A DNA stretch of 64,000 nucleotides from Lingula anatina (taxonomy: Eukaryota; Animalia; Brachiopoda): the NCBI GenBank assembly GCA_051362555.1, contig CM120645.1, positions 12,028,001 through 12,092,000 on the forward strand, written 5' to 3'. Shown here piece by piece: positions 25,001 to 39,841 of the stretch (the first letter of the stretch is position 1; each line of letters begins with the position of its first letter). Both the position numbers and the translations under genes were made by a program. The notes under the pieces are model-generated. The model was not told where the DNA came from, made no database searches, and worked only from the letters and a program-made list of their open reading frames with translations.

Positions 25001-25820
25001 AGTGAGACAATCTTCAGCATTTGTCCAATGATTTTAGCCTTTAATTTGGTCGTCTGCAAAATGACTATTTGAATACAACTAGTTCAAGTTTTGTGAAAAA
25101 GACGATCCAATTGACGCTCAACGATATATCAAAAGTAGTAGGGGGCCTACAATTACAGTTTTAGGGGTAATATGGGCAAACGTACTTGTGGAAAAAAATG
25201 AACGTGGGCTTTAATTTATCAAAAGTTGTACACTAACGGTTTATTTGGAATAATAAGAGAAAACGTACTTGTGGAAAAAAAGAGCGTGCACAGGCTTTAC
25301 CAAACCCGTCTTGGTAGTAAAGCGACACCAGGTGAACTTTATTTTCCCCAATTTTCGTGATTTGGTAAATAACACTGGAAGGATAAAGCTGCATCACGCA
25401 AGACAGATGAGTGTCCCTTGTCTTTGTTTGCACTGCACGGGTCGTTTGCATTTGTTAACATTTAGGATGACATTTCCGAGGCTGAGCTTGCACGAATTTA
25501 GCGTCACCTTACGTGACAACTTGGTCTATTTTTATTACAAACACGAACTTATGACCTACATGTACGTATTCGAGAAAGGTTGTTTATTGTGCGTGTCGTT
25601 TGTTAATTACCTTGTAATGACGTACCGCATGTACCTTTACTCTATAAGGTCTCCTATAAAAACTTGGTTGTGATACCTATGGATTATCGTACCTATTACA
25701 ACTACATTATTATAATTATAACTCTACCTTAGCCCCGTGTTGCAGCAGAAGTTCGGCTGTAGCATATCCAATTCCTGATGCTCCACCAGTAATAAAAGCC
25801 ACCTTGTCTTTAAGATTCAT
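22063..25820 (-). CDS. HPGD: 15-PGDH-like SDR, paralogue 2 (272 aa; exons 25820-25728, 24511-24388, 23834-23728, 23458-23362, 23063-22987, 22705-22527, 22204-22063)
   Basis: MNLKDKVAFITGGASGIG, CDVT, NNAG, catalytic YGASK, CPDFTDT. Internal exon sizes are the same as paralogue 1 and the frame is intact. Confidence 0.88.
24021..24296 (-). mobile_element. Short HINE/Helentron-type non-autonomous element in HPGD-2 intron 2
   Basis: Minus strand: TTATTACCTCCGCCAAGGAGGT 5' hairpin/subTIR, (TGTT)/(TGTC) microsatellite, 3' subTIR CCTTGGCGGAGGT, terminal CTAG followed by TT. Confidence 0.75.
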
Positions 25821-26940
25821 CTGTAGTCGGCACGTGAAAAAAATCAACGAAATTAAGCGTGTTATTCAGGACACATTACACATTATCTCTTTGGAGTGGA
25901 TTGTCAATATTTTTTCTTACTATTCCGTTATAATTTCCCAATTATCTGGCTCCATTTTTCATCTCTTTTAGATACTCACTTCTGCACACTGCGTATAACA
26001 CTTGTATTAAACTCTTGAAGAATATTTTTCATATATTGTTGGTTATACAAAACGTATATTTATACATCCGAGTCACTTGAAAAACAAACCGTTTTATCAA
26101 ATACCAGTATCACAGATGGCGAGATTAACAAAAAGCTATGATAACCGAATTGCAATTCATATGCCGGCTGTACCAGTACCACTGAGCTTGTATGAATTAT
26201 TTTCAAACCTGTTTACAGTATATTCATCATTGTCTCGTTAACAAAAGATTTTGCCCTGTTACCCGTGTTTTACAACAATGACAAGCTTTTTTTCTACGCT
26301 TTTAACAAGTTTTTACTTCAATTTTTTACAATGCACAAGGACACGACTCGATGTATCAACAAAATGCAGCATTTAGCTGTTATGAATCTGTGAGGACAGT
26401 TATATTGTATGTGTGACGCTGTCTTGTTTAAGAGAGCCACTAAAATTGGGAAACTGCATCTTTATTTTATCCAACTCATTTAAAGACAAACACGCTCTTG
26501 TCAAAAATGATGGAATGTTTTCTAAGTTAGAGACATAAAAAAATTATTTCAAAGTTCTCCATGGTGGTTGCCATAAAACCAATAAAAAGTTTTCAAGTTA
26601 CGAAAGTGGGCTCAAATCCTTGAGTCATGCAACATGGTTGGAATTGTGTAACCTGTATAACAGAACTTTTTGTTTGCGGTTGCAAATATTTTTTTGCATA
26701 TGTGAAGGGCGCCACTGCTTTTAGACCAAAAGAAACTTGATAACCTTTGTGGGTGAAGTGCTTTGCACGAAAACAAAAATTCAACAAAGGTTTTTGTTTG
26801 GCCTTTTTTATTATCAAACCCATGCATCAAATTCATGCACATAGCCCTAAAAACCTGTTTGTATCACTGACCATAGCCTGCTGTGTATACGTATTGCTTT
26901 GTATTTATCAGTTCCGTGTGTCAATTGAATTGATTCAGGT

Positions 26941-29859
26941 TCATCGCTTAAGATTAGCTCTGTCTGAAAAATACGGGTGTTCTGGGGGATCGATGAACGC
27001 CACGCCTTTGCTGGTGATAAGCATCGCAGCGCCATTTTTGGTCTCGTCTGCTAGAAGCTTGATGATATTGTCCGCGATGTATGAAACCCTGTAATAAACA
27101 TTTGGATCTTTGTAAAATATCGTTTATGATACACCTGAAATTTCTTGGGATTTTAATTCCAGACACGTGACCCAGCCAGGGCACTTTAATGTCTTGCCTG
27201 AAATTTCCCCAGATGTGTTTTACCAATACAAACGAACCAATTAACGTTTACTAAATCTCTCTAGTTTGAACCGTCAAATTTAACATTGATCGGCCACAAA
27301 CATGTAAGTTCCAAGTGCTCTGCCCATTGAATATATAGCAAAATAGTAGGTCTGATGACAACTACAACCTTACATTTACTTTTGCAAGTCTTCACACAAA
27401 ACTAAGGCTTACAATAAACTTAACTCCAACTACTTAACACCCCTCATTTTTATTTTATATTCAGAAATTAGGATGTTTCATGAATATGCCATCTTAAATC
27501 AAATAGACAAATCATACTATTATAATTTTCAGTTCACATTCATTCAAATAGTAAAAAATGCAATTGCCCAAATAAAAACCATTAAAAAACCATACTTGAT
27601 CATGCCGTCCACATTTTCTGAGACGTAGTTAGACAGCGCCTGCGCGTGATGAATCCCCCTTCTGTTGAGGCTGTCTACAGATTCCAGGCTCCGCACCATT
27701 GGCGTGTCAGTGAATTCTGGGCACACACAGTTAAAACGAACGCCATGGACATTTATATCGGCCGCCATACTGTTCTGGTAAAGGGAATAAATATAATGAT
27801 GTATTTAGTTTTTTAATTGCAGATACAGTATGACGAAGATGTTCCATTAACACGTTTTGCTGAAGTACGTTCGACGGTGTGGCGAACATACTAATATTAG
27901 TGTGCCTCATAACTTGACGACATTGGGCAAATTATTATTAGAGAGGGAGGATTACGTTGATACTACCAGTAGCAGAACGTTTTTGAAATATATACGACTT
28001 TATGTAATATGGTCCCGCCAAACACATACTTAAACCATACATTTCTGTGTCAATGTGTTATATCTTTAAATCGGTATTGAAAAATTCGGTCGCCCCAGTG
28101 GAGTTACTTATACTGAGGCAGAACTGTTTCATACCGCCATTGAGCGTGTGTATCCCACGATGCCATGTTTGGTCGCAGCGTATGCGGGGAGGCATAATGA
28201 CGGTTTTAATCCTGAAATTAAACTTCATAACTGTTTTGATATAATTTTATACATTTGTTAATTCACGAAGAAGATTTCACCTAAAAGACAAGAGGGCGAA
28301 CATAGTTGCACAAAAAATTATTATTTCATGTAAGTTTGAATATTTCATTTGTAGCTCTAAATTATCTCTTAACTCCTACCAAATACCTGATATAGAAGAC
28401 ATATTTAGTATAACGCCACCATTGCCACCTTGATCTTTGCGAAGGTATTTCATCCCTAGCATAGTACCGGTTATGGCTGCTGTCTGGTAGAGAATGACAT
28501 CAATATTATTGTGGAGTAATATAGGAAAGGGAGTGATACGGGAGTGACAGCGGACCAAGAGTAGTTCAGACGTCTGTGTTACTGGGCACTATCCCTTCGT
28601 TTGAAAGAACTGTCACCTGTACTTTATCTGTGGTTGAGAGGTTATAGAGGAAAAGCAAGAAAAGATCTTCATACGAGTTAATGATAAATATATATGTAAA
28701 TAATTGGTACAGCAAAACCATATGATTTATTAACATCAAAACCGACAAGATTATATACAGTAGATTCAATTTCAAAGCAAATGTGAAGAATTTTCCAAGG
28801 TTTAGTCTTATCAAGATATCTTACCAGATTGACACTTATCATCAGTTTGTAATTACTTTCGTTTAAGATACCAGCGTTGTTCATTATAACATCTAAACGT
28901 CCATATTTGGCAATAGTCTGCTTGAAGGCTTCTGAAAATAATCGGAAAACTTTTATCAGTTGACAACATGGAAAAAAGTTAATTTTTTCTATTTGAAAGA
29001 CTAAAGAAAAATCGTGAATTTTTTAATTTAGAAGAAATATCACCAAAAAAATTTAAGAGTAGTTACATATTTTCAGAATTTTTCTCCCAAATAAACTACC
29101 TTAAGAAACTTATATCGATATGAACCCAATATGACATTTATTTGACTCTATTGCAACTGATTTTGTCCCCTTTCGTCTTCTAAAATTACCTTCAATATCA
29201 CCATCTTCAGTGACGTCACATTTTACAAATATGACGTTTGCCTCCCCATATTTCACTGCCAGATTTGATACGGCAGTCCTCCCAGCCTCCGAGTTTACGT
29301 CTATTACAGCAACCTAGAATGTGAATAGATTTTATACAGTTGCAGGCTGGAAAAGTGTTGGAGTTGTTGGGGGGGGGGGGGGGGGGGGAGGGGGGGGCTC
29401 AGCTTTTCAAGATCTGTAGGTGCTACATGCTAACAGGGTAATATTGCATCGCCTGTGGTACTCATCTAGACGCTGGCGGAATTAAAGTTTAGGGACGTTG
29501 GGAAGAATATCATGGGGTAACAGCCCCCCCAACCCCTAACAGCTGTAGCCCTGGTCTTAACATAAGAGCACTATCCCATAACTTAATTAACAACCATTAA
29601 CGTTTTATGGTAGTTTAGTATTGTTAAAATGTGTCTTTTAAAGGAAACGTGCGTATGAAAATAGGTCAAACGTGGCATCCTTGAAGCCTGCCTATTAGTC
29701 TATATGGCAGAATGTGAACGCGACGGATTACGATCTACATGTAGATTATCATACTTATGACTCTACCTTTGCCCCGTGTTGCAACAGAAGTTCGGCCGTA
29801 GCATAACCAATGCCTGATGCTCCGCCAGTAATAAACCCGACCTTGTCCTTTAGATTCAT
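26941..29859 (-). CDS. HPGD: 15-PGDH-like SDR, paralogue 3 (274 aa; exons 29859-29767, 29313-29190, 28931-28825, 28483-28387, 28211-28135, 27774-27596, 27088-26941)
   Basis: MNLKDKVGFITGGASGIG, CDVT, NNAG, NMSS, catalytic YAATK, CPEFTDT. Same exon sizes and intact frame. Confidence 0.88.
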
Positions 29860-30473
29860 TGCAAGTCATTGAAAATACTACATTGTATTTCTGTGCTTAC
29901 TTGGAAGCACCTTTTGTTCCCCCTGCGAAAGCGGCGAGTTGACATGTGACAGTGGGGCTGAAGGTCGTTGATGGGTGAAGAGATTGAGGACTATTACAAA
30001 ACATGCTCTGTTCTGTTCAATTTGTCAATTGTGAATGATTTTCAATAAGGAAAGTGTGTGGAAACACGACCGTGCGCTGCGCTATTGGAATACAACAAAG
30101 ATACCTGTCCCTCGTGCACATAAAATTGTACTTGCTTATTCATACTCAATGCAAGTTATGCTGATTCTTTTCGTTCCATTTTATTTTATTTCATTTTTTA
30201 TTTTCATTTTTTCACGAAAATTGAGGAGAGAACAAGCTGGTAAACAAGTCGGTTATATGAGGTACCAGTACGTTAATTCTAGACCAACAATCTGCCTTTA
30301 TTTACTTGGCCTCTATCAGAGAAGCCATCCACCAACCTTGACCAAGCTGGGCAGATAACACACGAATTACGACCCATATATGTATTTATTCTTTTGTGAG
30401 CCTGTGTTATAGGAAAGGTAATACCAGGGAGAGAAGTCCGTGGCCCCAAATGATAAGTACAGGTTAGGGTAAG

Positions 30474-30629
30474 CCGGTGTAACAGGAATGGAAGTCCGCT
30501 AGGAACCGAAGTCGTTCCCCATTACTTTGCACAGGTGACATTCGTCCCATATACTAACCCCAATACTCCAACTGATCCTAACCTGTACTAATCACATGGG
30601 AGCCTGGACTTCCATTCCTGTTACACCGG
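30474..30629. mobile_element. 156-bp MITE with perfect 24-bp TIRs, nested in an older related copy (~30415-30710)
   Basis: CCGGTGTAACAGGAATGGAAGTCC / GGACTTCCATTCCTGTTACACCGG. AAG is duplicated on both sides. Confidence 0.7.
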
Positions 30630-31350
30630 AAGTATATATTCCACAGATGGTACGAATGACACCTGTACCAAGTAATAGGGAAAGGGACAATGGTCCCTCG
30701 AGGATTACCATCCCCTGCCACGCGGGCTAGCTCGGTGAGGTAGACAAAGGACGTGAAATAAACGGGGATAAATAAGCCACGACGCGATGGATGTCACAGG
30801 TGTATAGTGAAATCCAACTGAATTGTGTTGGTGTGATCTTGTCGGGCTCGAATGTGATCAGCATGAGATCCTCAAAGCCTGTTTGACGCAAAATTTTGGA
30901 TTTTTCTCACAAATTCACTACCGAAATATTGTCATCACACAAAATAATTGTGCGCATCCAACCCTTATAGATTTATTTATGATTTATCAAAGATGCTTTT
31001 AAAATCTAAACATTTTCAACATAGAACCATTGTCAAGACTTAAGAATATAATTTATTTATTTTACTTTCACCATCTTTTTCTTCCAATTTACACTGTCCA
31101 CAAGGTGACAGGTCTCATTTCAGTGTACATGTACCAAAATAAATAAAGAAAAATCCACTTCTTCACATTTCATTAAAATCAAGAAGTCACCTGACAAATA
31201 ATGTTCAGGAAGAGTTCCAAACTTTCCTCCACCTAGAAAAATTCTTTTCTGTTGTCAGATAAACAAGCATCATACAACCAAGTGGCAGGTACTGTGACAG
31301 TCCTCCTGACAATACGAAAACTCCGCAGTCATAACATTTCTATGTAAAAA

Positions 31351-32380
31351 TCAATAGGCATCTGACGACAACTCAAACAAAACATCGTCATCAAATGAGG
31401 CATCCGAGTCATCGTCGTTGTTGTCGGAGTCCATCTCGAAGAGCTCCTCCTCCTCATTATCCTCCTCCTCCTCCTCGTTGTCTTCTCTGCCATCCTCCTC
31501 CTCAGCTTCAGAACCATCATCCTCGGAACCCGGCTCAAACTCCATGTCTGGAAAGGAACAGATTTTTTTACGGATTAAAATTTTGTTCAATTTGAAGTCC
31601 CGGTATCAGAAAAAATAAGAAAATAAGGTCATTCTTTCCAGTCCAAGGAAAATGATATCATTTTATGAACAAAAGGCAACATTCAAAATCATGTCCAAGG
31701 ATTTTGATGTAGTTATAATATATGTTGGGGGAAAAAAATGGGGCCTTTAATTCAGGTATACATAGCAGTTACAACTAATATATACCTTTCTTTTGGATGA
31801 CTAAGTGTCCACGATGATTACATCGTTGAAAAAAAACTAATCAAAAAAAAAAAAAAAAAAAAAAAAAACAAACAAAAAACAAGAGAACTTTGAAAAGAAC
31901 TTTTCACTTATTTCCATTATATTAATTTTTCAGTTCCTATTACTTAGATGATATTAATGCTACACCATTTGCATATTTTCTATACTTTTTGCTCCATTTT
32001 AATCAATCCAATTATACATACCAACATTATCTTCTGCGTCATCATCCAGTTGAGAGTCATCATCTTCATCTTCTTCCTCCTCAGCTGCTTCTTCTTCCTC
32101 TTCTTCTTCCTGTGAAAATATAGTTAAAGTTATACATTTCACTAGCCACACTGTATTAACTATTTATTTAACTTATTCACTAATTTTTTTGTCACAAAAT
32201 TAAAGTTAAATTGAATCAGTTCAAATCAACTTCTACAACCTATTCACTGAATCAGTGGCTCATTGGTTTGAGACATAGGACTAGTTCCTTTCTTTTTACA
32301 TTTTTTTTTCTCTCAATAAAAAGGAAAATCACTTAAAGCAATTGAGCAGACTATGCAAGACTATTACTTAAGAGTTACAA

Positions 32381-32422
<42 letters not shown>

Positions 32423-35400
32423 ACACACAAACTAAAGAAACTAGGTCTTACTTGGTCCTCTTCATCACGAAGTCTGCCAACTTCATACAAACGACAACAA
32501 CTCTCTTCTGATAGCCCGTCATCAATTTTCTGATTCTGGAAGATGCAAGTAAAAATTAAATAAATACATTTCAGAGAGATCATATGTTTTTGTCCATTGA
32601 AACAAATGAGAAAAAGAAGTGAAATCTGGTATGATGAAAAAATTTCAGAGCATGCCCAGGAATGTTAATAAATTATATATAAATAAAGAGCACACTTAAG
32701 ATGCAGAAAGTGAGTAGACTGTTCAACTGTTCCTGACAACAACCCTATCTCACCTCTATCACAGCTAGGAAACTGTCCGAATTGTCCCCACACAGGTCAA
32801 ATATGTCCTTCTTCACATCAATTGTGGCTGAAATATTGGACAACAATTTAAGCTTTGCCCCAAAGGCACCTCAGAGAGGCGCGTTTTAGTAAACATGCAG
32901 AAATTTTCAGGTAACTAACACACTTGAGCCATAGTTGAAATGAAAACCTAGTCCTACTCTGTCACTTGGGATTGAATTACGTTCCAATCTTGGCAACTGG
33001 TGCATGGTTTCCATCCAAATTTTTTATATTTGTTTGTGACTTCAAATTAATTTAATAATGTTCCATAATAGTATGAACAAAACTAGTTCACATCTCATAT
33101 CTTACCTATATTACTGTAATCTGTGGCATCAAATGTCCTGAATGAAGATCCATATGGACTCTTAATTGTATTCTCTGCTAACTCTTCATCTTCTTCCAAC
33201 TGATGAATAGCTGTTGATACAAAATAACATAACATAAAGGCAATTCACATCTTTTGTCAAAATGGCTTGTTATAACATGTTATCAATCAACTCAAAATCT
33301 TGTGAATTTTCACCCATAACCCAAATCGATTTTATTTTTAAGATAACAATATTCAGTTTCAAAAACAAATAAAACATCAAACTTAAGAGAATACAAAATA
33401 ATTAAAATTTAAAAGTGTAGAAGATATTGAGACTGAACAAAGAAGGAAAGAAATAGACCTTTATATCGTGATCAACACAAAGCACAATCACCTCTCAATC
33501 ACACTTACTACAATCACATCTGAGTCACACCTAACACAATCACAACCAAATCACATCTAACACAATCACAACAGAGTCACACCAAACACAATCTAGGTCC
33601 ACTGCTGTCCCACTTACCACCATATATAATGTCCCCTGCTGTGTTAAACCTGATCACACACTGGTCTAGTGCAGGCACTGTGTGGAGGAGGTGGAAGGTA
33701 CGCAAGTCCCACTATGAGAGCAGTTGAGGAATGTCACAGAAACATGATGAAGGGAACACTAAAGATTACCAAGACTATGAACCAAAAGCAAAATAGATGA
33801 TTATTTTGCCTCAGTATTTACTTTTATAAAGGTAATACTTATGGTATTACTTGTGAAGAGGTTTGTCTTTGAGTTGTATCCACTTCCACAGTAATATACC
33901 TTTGACCTTTATGGCATTTCATACTACTTCTTTTATAATAAAAACAATGCAGTTATCTAACATGTAAATAATTTTATACTATAGCCACAAGATAAAAACA
34001 ACTTCACAATGATATCCCCCCCTCCCCCCGTCTCATTTGTGTTTCCTGTTGCAGCAGCTTGCAGGTAAAAGGATACCACTTCAGAATTTATAATTATTTC
34101 CAATCCCATAGGGTGAAAAACCCCACTAATGTGTGGGTTAAACTTGTCAAACTTGTGGATGGGTTTCCCGCTGGCAATATCCCATAATACTCCGTCATTG
34201 AGGACAAGGTCATCTGTGGAGTTAAAGGTCGCCCTGTTGCGCGTGTAGTTATTGGCCTTGTCCTGATCAAATAAGGTCATTAGTAAGGTGCCTGTGTTGA
34301 TATCATAAATCTGAAACAGAACAAACAAACACTGAAAACACAACAGACTGAGGAATAATAATAAAAATAATTTTAAATCAAACCTGATATATGCTACAAC
34401 TGCTTTTGCAATTTTTTTCTTCATTCGACAGGTTATAACTGTGACTGTGGTACTAAAAGAAAACAAGAACTATTTGAACAATTTCAATTGTCACCCGTCA
34501 CTTACATGAGCTGTTTCGTCTTTTGTGCCTATAATTTTATCCTGAGATTGCTTGCAGAACTCCAGATAGTGGTCCTCCTCAAAACCATGCCTGACAGAAA
34601 ACAAACATTTTAGAAATGTTAAAGATACACATTGTAAACAAACATTTACAAAATACACAACACTCTCTCTTCAACACGTTCATTTAAGAGTTAACATGTA
34701 TCCGAGTTTTCTACTCATTCTTGTCTAGCCATGAAAATTGCCTTCCATATTTGTAACCAAGCAAAGCATAGTGAAAGTAGTTTTACTACAATTTTCCCTG
34801 CTAGTATTTAACATGTGCATATAAATTTTATAATAAATAGTTTTTAACTATTTTCTAAGATTGCTGCAAAACCAATGTCATAAACTCCTTTCACACGTAC
34901 ATCATATCAAATATATTGTCCATTTTCCAAAGAGCAGACAAAGGTCTTCCCCAAGATGATGATGTCAGCATCAGCCCTCCATCCTGAAAAGATAGCAGTA
35001 GGCGTAGGCATTAGGTCTTCAGAGCCAATGGAATGATAATAGATTCCTATTTTCGTAATACTTTATCTTTCATACTCATTGTAGTTAAAACAAATAGGTC
35101 ATTATGACTTTTATGTAAGCTTACTGTGGGATTCCTCAAATTTGAAAAAAATTTACTTCAATCAAATGGACATTATGTCAGTGTTGACTTACCCTAGTTT
35201 TTAGTCGCATTAAAAGGTTCTAAGTGGTTTCCATTTTTTAAGATTACATTTAAATCCTTTCTTATCAGGAGACTTAATTCTTTCTTATGAATCTGAACCT
35301 ATATCTTGGAGCATTATAAAATGTGTCTTGGACAGCAAATCTTACCCTGGACTGCTCCAAATGTGTCAAGGGTGAAGAGTGACAGACATAGGACCCCGCT

Positions 35401-37787
35401 TCCTGAAACAAGATTATCAAAATGTTTTTACCACGACATATTAAATGAAATTCAACTGTATACCGTCATCTTTTCCAACTTCAACTAGTCGACGTGTTTT
35501 TTCCTTTTTTCTTTTTTTTTTTTCAAATGTAACATTAATACAGCATAATTAAACTGTCCAGTTTTGTCCTGTTCTTCGTTTCTTACTCTACAGTTAGCCA
35601 TTTTGCACTGTTTTATTAAAGTAATATCAGATTTTAGTTGAATTTCTCACACATTGCATCAATTTCTAAATAGAGGAGAAAACCAATACAAACTTCAGCT
35701 GTCTGTATGTTGAATAACTTCAGTTCTCCTGCATACGTTCCCAACATCAAGTAATCCTGGCCATTCTGGAATAAATAAAGGTCACAAACATGAATGACAA
35801 TAATGCTTCATCATTTCCCTGAGTCATTTACAGAGGACAATGTTATACAGAGAATAATAATAGTGCCATCCAGGTCAAAATGCACTAACTCAACAGCATA
35901 CAATTTGTATCATTCTAGCAAACAATATTTTGTTTGATACTTCCAAAAGGGCTTCATAAAAGAGGAAGTATTTTATATCACAAACTGCATACAGTAGTTA
36001 GCAGAGCTAGTTTGACTCAATACTGATCACATTAATATGTTAAATTAACATGAAAAATATATTTTTTTAAATACCGACAAAACTTACAGAAAAAGCACAG
36101 CAAGAGAAGCAGTCATCCTCTTCATTATCCCTATACGACCTGACTGGCCGAAATCTGAAGTAAACAAAGGACCAAGTTTTAACCAAATTAAATGACAAAG
36201 GAAACATCTCCCCTCTTAAAATTTCTCAGATTTATTCCAACTAACATTTATGTTATAATTCATGCTATTTCGCCAGGCCACAGTAAACCCATATGGAACA
36301 TTGCATGGTTGGTGAACAAATTAGTAATGGGTACTGATCATCTATCTGTGGAATTCCAAAGTCAAAAAAATCCACAATTTCTTCATCACGAACTTAATAT
36401 CTCACATATAAAATGTACCTTGATCAGTTTCTTGGCGGCACTTGCCCCATTTTTAAAGAAAAAAGTTCAGGAATAATCCATTCCTGTGACCATATTCACT
36501 TACTTGCTATATACATGTTTCCTGGTGAGTTTAGCACCTTCTATTCCACCATAAGGCGGTAAGATCTAGAGAAGGAAAAGACAGAGCTCACTGTTACACT
36601 ATGTCTAGAACAGAGAATATCAGGGCTTCTTCTGGGGCACATTAAAGAAAAAACTGTTAGTACTGAAAGAAGTGGGGAATTAAAATAGCAACAGTGGCCT
36701 GACACCAATTTCACATACAAGCATGTCTGCAAAGACTTTGGAGTCCTTAACAACGAAATCTTATCTGGTTAAGTTTACTTCTGGAATACTCTTAAGGGTG
36801 GCACCAGCTTTCTCCTCTTACCATGGTTAATATTTCTCTCCACTTTTTATAGTTTAAAACTGTACACAACGACATTTTAACTTCGGTATAAAGTGTGTAG
36901 ACTTCTATGGTCTTACCTCTCTCCTGTGTAACCTGGCAGTAATACTGGTTGGGGCGGTGCTGCGGCGCCGTGGATCTGGACATCTGTGGGGCCTGGTGAA
37001 AGATTCATAGGTGTAAAATTTTAATTAGATCCCCTTCTCTGTACAACATTCTAATAATCAACTTATTTTTTTCATTTAATCACATATTTTTTTTCCTGAA
37101 ACACCCTTTGGAATCTTTAATTAATGGCAGTAAACAGAAAAGATTGAGTAACACATCCAGCATGAAAAGTAAATGCACTAAATCATTATACTTATTTCAT
37201 ACAAAGAAAACACATAATGAAAATTATTCTATATTTTTCAAAATAAAACCCTTAATATCAGAGACACTATACAGCTTCCAACTAAATGAACATGAATGAT
37301 TCTTTATAAAACAAAGGCACTCACTTGAGCAAAGAAAACGATGGACACGTCACGACAGGGTTGGGACACAGAGCGTGCTGCTCGCGCAGGTACTCCGTCA
37401 CAATCTTATCCAGGCTGACCTCCTTTTCAATGTGGGTGAGAGATCCATGGCGGAAGTCATGCCTGGAGGTGGTCGGGGAGGAATGTGTCTGCACAGCGAG
37501 ATGACTGTTTTCTGGCTTCTGACAGGTCCTGCTGACGGGAAACTGAACAGCAAGAAATAATGGGTTGACATATAACTTACTGCAGTGCTAAAATGTCCTC
37601 CTCAGAAGACTAAACAAAAGAATCAGATGATGTTCTACTCAATACACACAGATGCTCAGGCATACATTAAACAGGCTTCAGCACATCATTCAACACTCTA
37701 TTTCTCCACTCACACCAAAGTGCCATTATGCATTTTCAACAACCCATCTATGGTATTTGCTATTAAATTTTGAACATACTTATTTTG

Positions 37788-37821
<34 letters not shown>

Positions 37822-39810
37822 CAATGAAAAATTGATGAAAACATAAAACTCACTTTTTTGATTCATCATCTCATTTTGAGTTCGGTTTGATCCCAGCAAT
37901 GTAACTGTACAAACAAAATCGTTAAATGAATATGTTAACCTTAAATCTTTGGCAAATCTCAAAATCCAGCACACTCACCCTGTTATTATTTATCACAGGA
38001 GAAAAGTTATTAGTCTTGCTGCTGATGATGTTCACTTTGATCTGGCCTGGGGTACCCGGGGTACTGGGAGGGGGCGCCCTGGCACCACCGCCGGCACCAC
38101 TGCCGATACTGACACCACTGGTGCTGGGACCAGGGACACTCAACTGTCTGCCCTGAAAACACACAGAATATAAATAAATTACATGTACTGAAACAAACAA
38201 TGAGCCAAAATGTTCATTAGCTTGGTGGCTGGATCATACAGGATAATTATCAACCATAAGAAAAAATACTTTTAAACAGTTAACTTACAATTTGATGACG
38301 GCCTTTGTTAGAAGTTCTAGAACTCTAAGGAATAAATATTTGTCAATCTGATGTGACTCTAATAGCATAATGATAACCCATATCAAGATATTATCATCAT
38401 TTGACACAGCTTGCAATCAATCTTATATTTTCACATTTCGTACACTTTATGATCAATACTTTACATAGCCCCTTAGAAAAAAAAATATGGGCCATGCATC
38501 TTTATCCTACCAAGGTTTTCCCTGAGGTGGTGGGTGTGGCATATATGTGTGCCCCCTCTGGGTGGACCACAGGGGGGGTACTGCACCGCGGCAGGCTGGC
38601 CTCTTTCTGGAGGGACCCCGCAGTCTCTGTCAGGCCTGAAACATACAACATATGCAGATCAAAGCTTTTGATATTTTTCCTCAAAATAAATAAGTTAATA
38701 AACAAATAGACTTATTAATATATTAATTAAAAGATAAATAAATAAATAGACAACAATAACTTTATAAATTTATGGAATCACCTTGAGAGACCAGGTGGTC
38801 ATGGATAAGCTGCAGTAACTCCTTTTCATTGTACAATATTTTAGTCTGGGCCACAATATCTGCCTGAAGTAGAATGTAAGAATTATATCAACCTGCTGAA
38901 GCCATTTTTTAATCATTTCTTTTGCTTCTTTCCAAAGCAGACAGTCGATCCCTGTAATTAACTAAAATTTTCAACTCTGCTTTTCTTTCAGTTTCTCAAA
39001 TATTAAAAAATAAACAATGATCACCATTCCAACAAATTCTAAAGTTTAATTTCAAAGATGACATCTAAAATCAAAGGTTTTTTTTTTTTTTTAAATCAAA
39101 TTAGTGTACAGTAAAAAGGAGCCTATACCTTCCTAATCCTGTCCAAAGATATATCTATGTTATGGTTGGAAGACCGACCAGACACTCTCTCTATCAGTTC
39201 TTTGGCATATTTACAGAACTTGACATGCTCCAGACGCTTGTCTTGGAGCACTGGCTCCTTCATCAGTTCTGAAAATATGAACAATCAGGATTGGAAATGA
39301 AAACTTATACATGAAATCAATATCTTTTACCATTCATTTGGCAAACAGCTAACAACTGATTTACACTTCACTTAATAATAAGCAATCAGCTAAGATTTAA
39401 AAAAGTTTATAAGGCAAACAAACAGTGTTTCAACAAATTAATTTTGCAAGCAGCACTTGGTGTTAGGATTTTATTTTGTACATTCAACGAAAAAAAATCC
39501 TCAGAGCAAAATGGAAAATATTCCCCATATGGTACACCGTTGTCAGCAACACCTATGTTAGTCCAAATCAATTGTACATGCTCCAAAATAAAGCTAATTG
39601 CTTTTTCTAAAAGCTCACTCACGTTGCAGCTGTCCATTGTTAAACAATGGAAGCTTGCTGATGATCTGCTTCATGGTCTCAGACCTTGACATCCCGACCA
39701 ATGCCTGCAAATAGCAACAGGTAAATTATTCCATGTAATTTAAAGATCTACATGTAAGTAAAATCCCAGCCAAAATCTAAAACAATATTATACAATTACC
39801 TTTTTTTACA

Positions 39811-39841
<31 letters not shown>

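Noticed and set aside
29369-29397. Poly-G tracts (also 21378-21414 and 59517-59570) as functional G-quadruplexes
   Set aside because: They are parts of common G-rich repeat elements, and homopolymer lengths are unreliable in assemblies.
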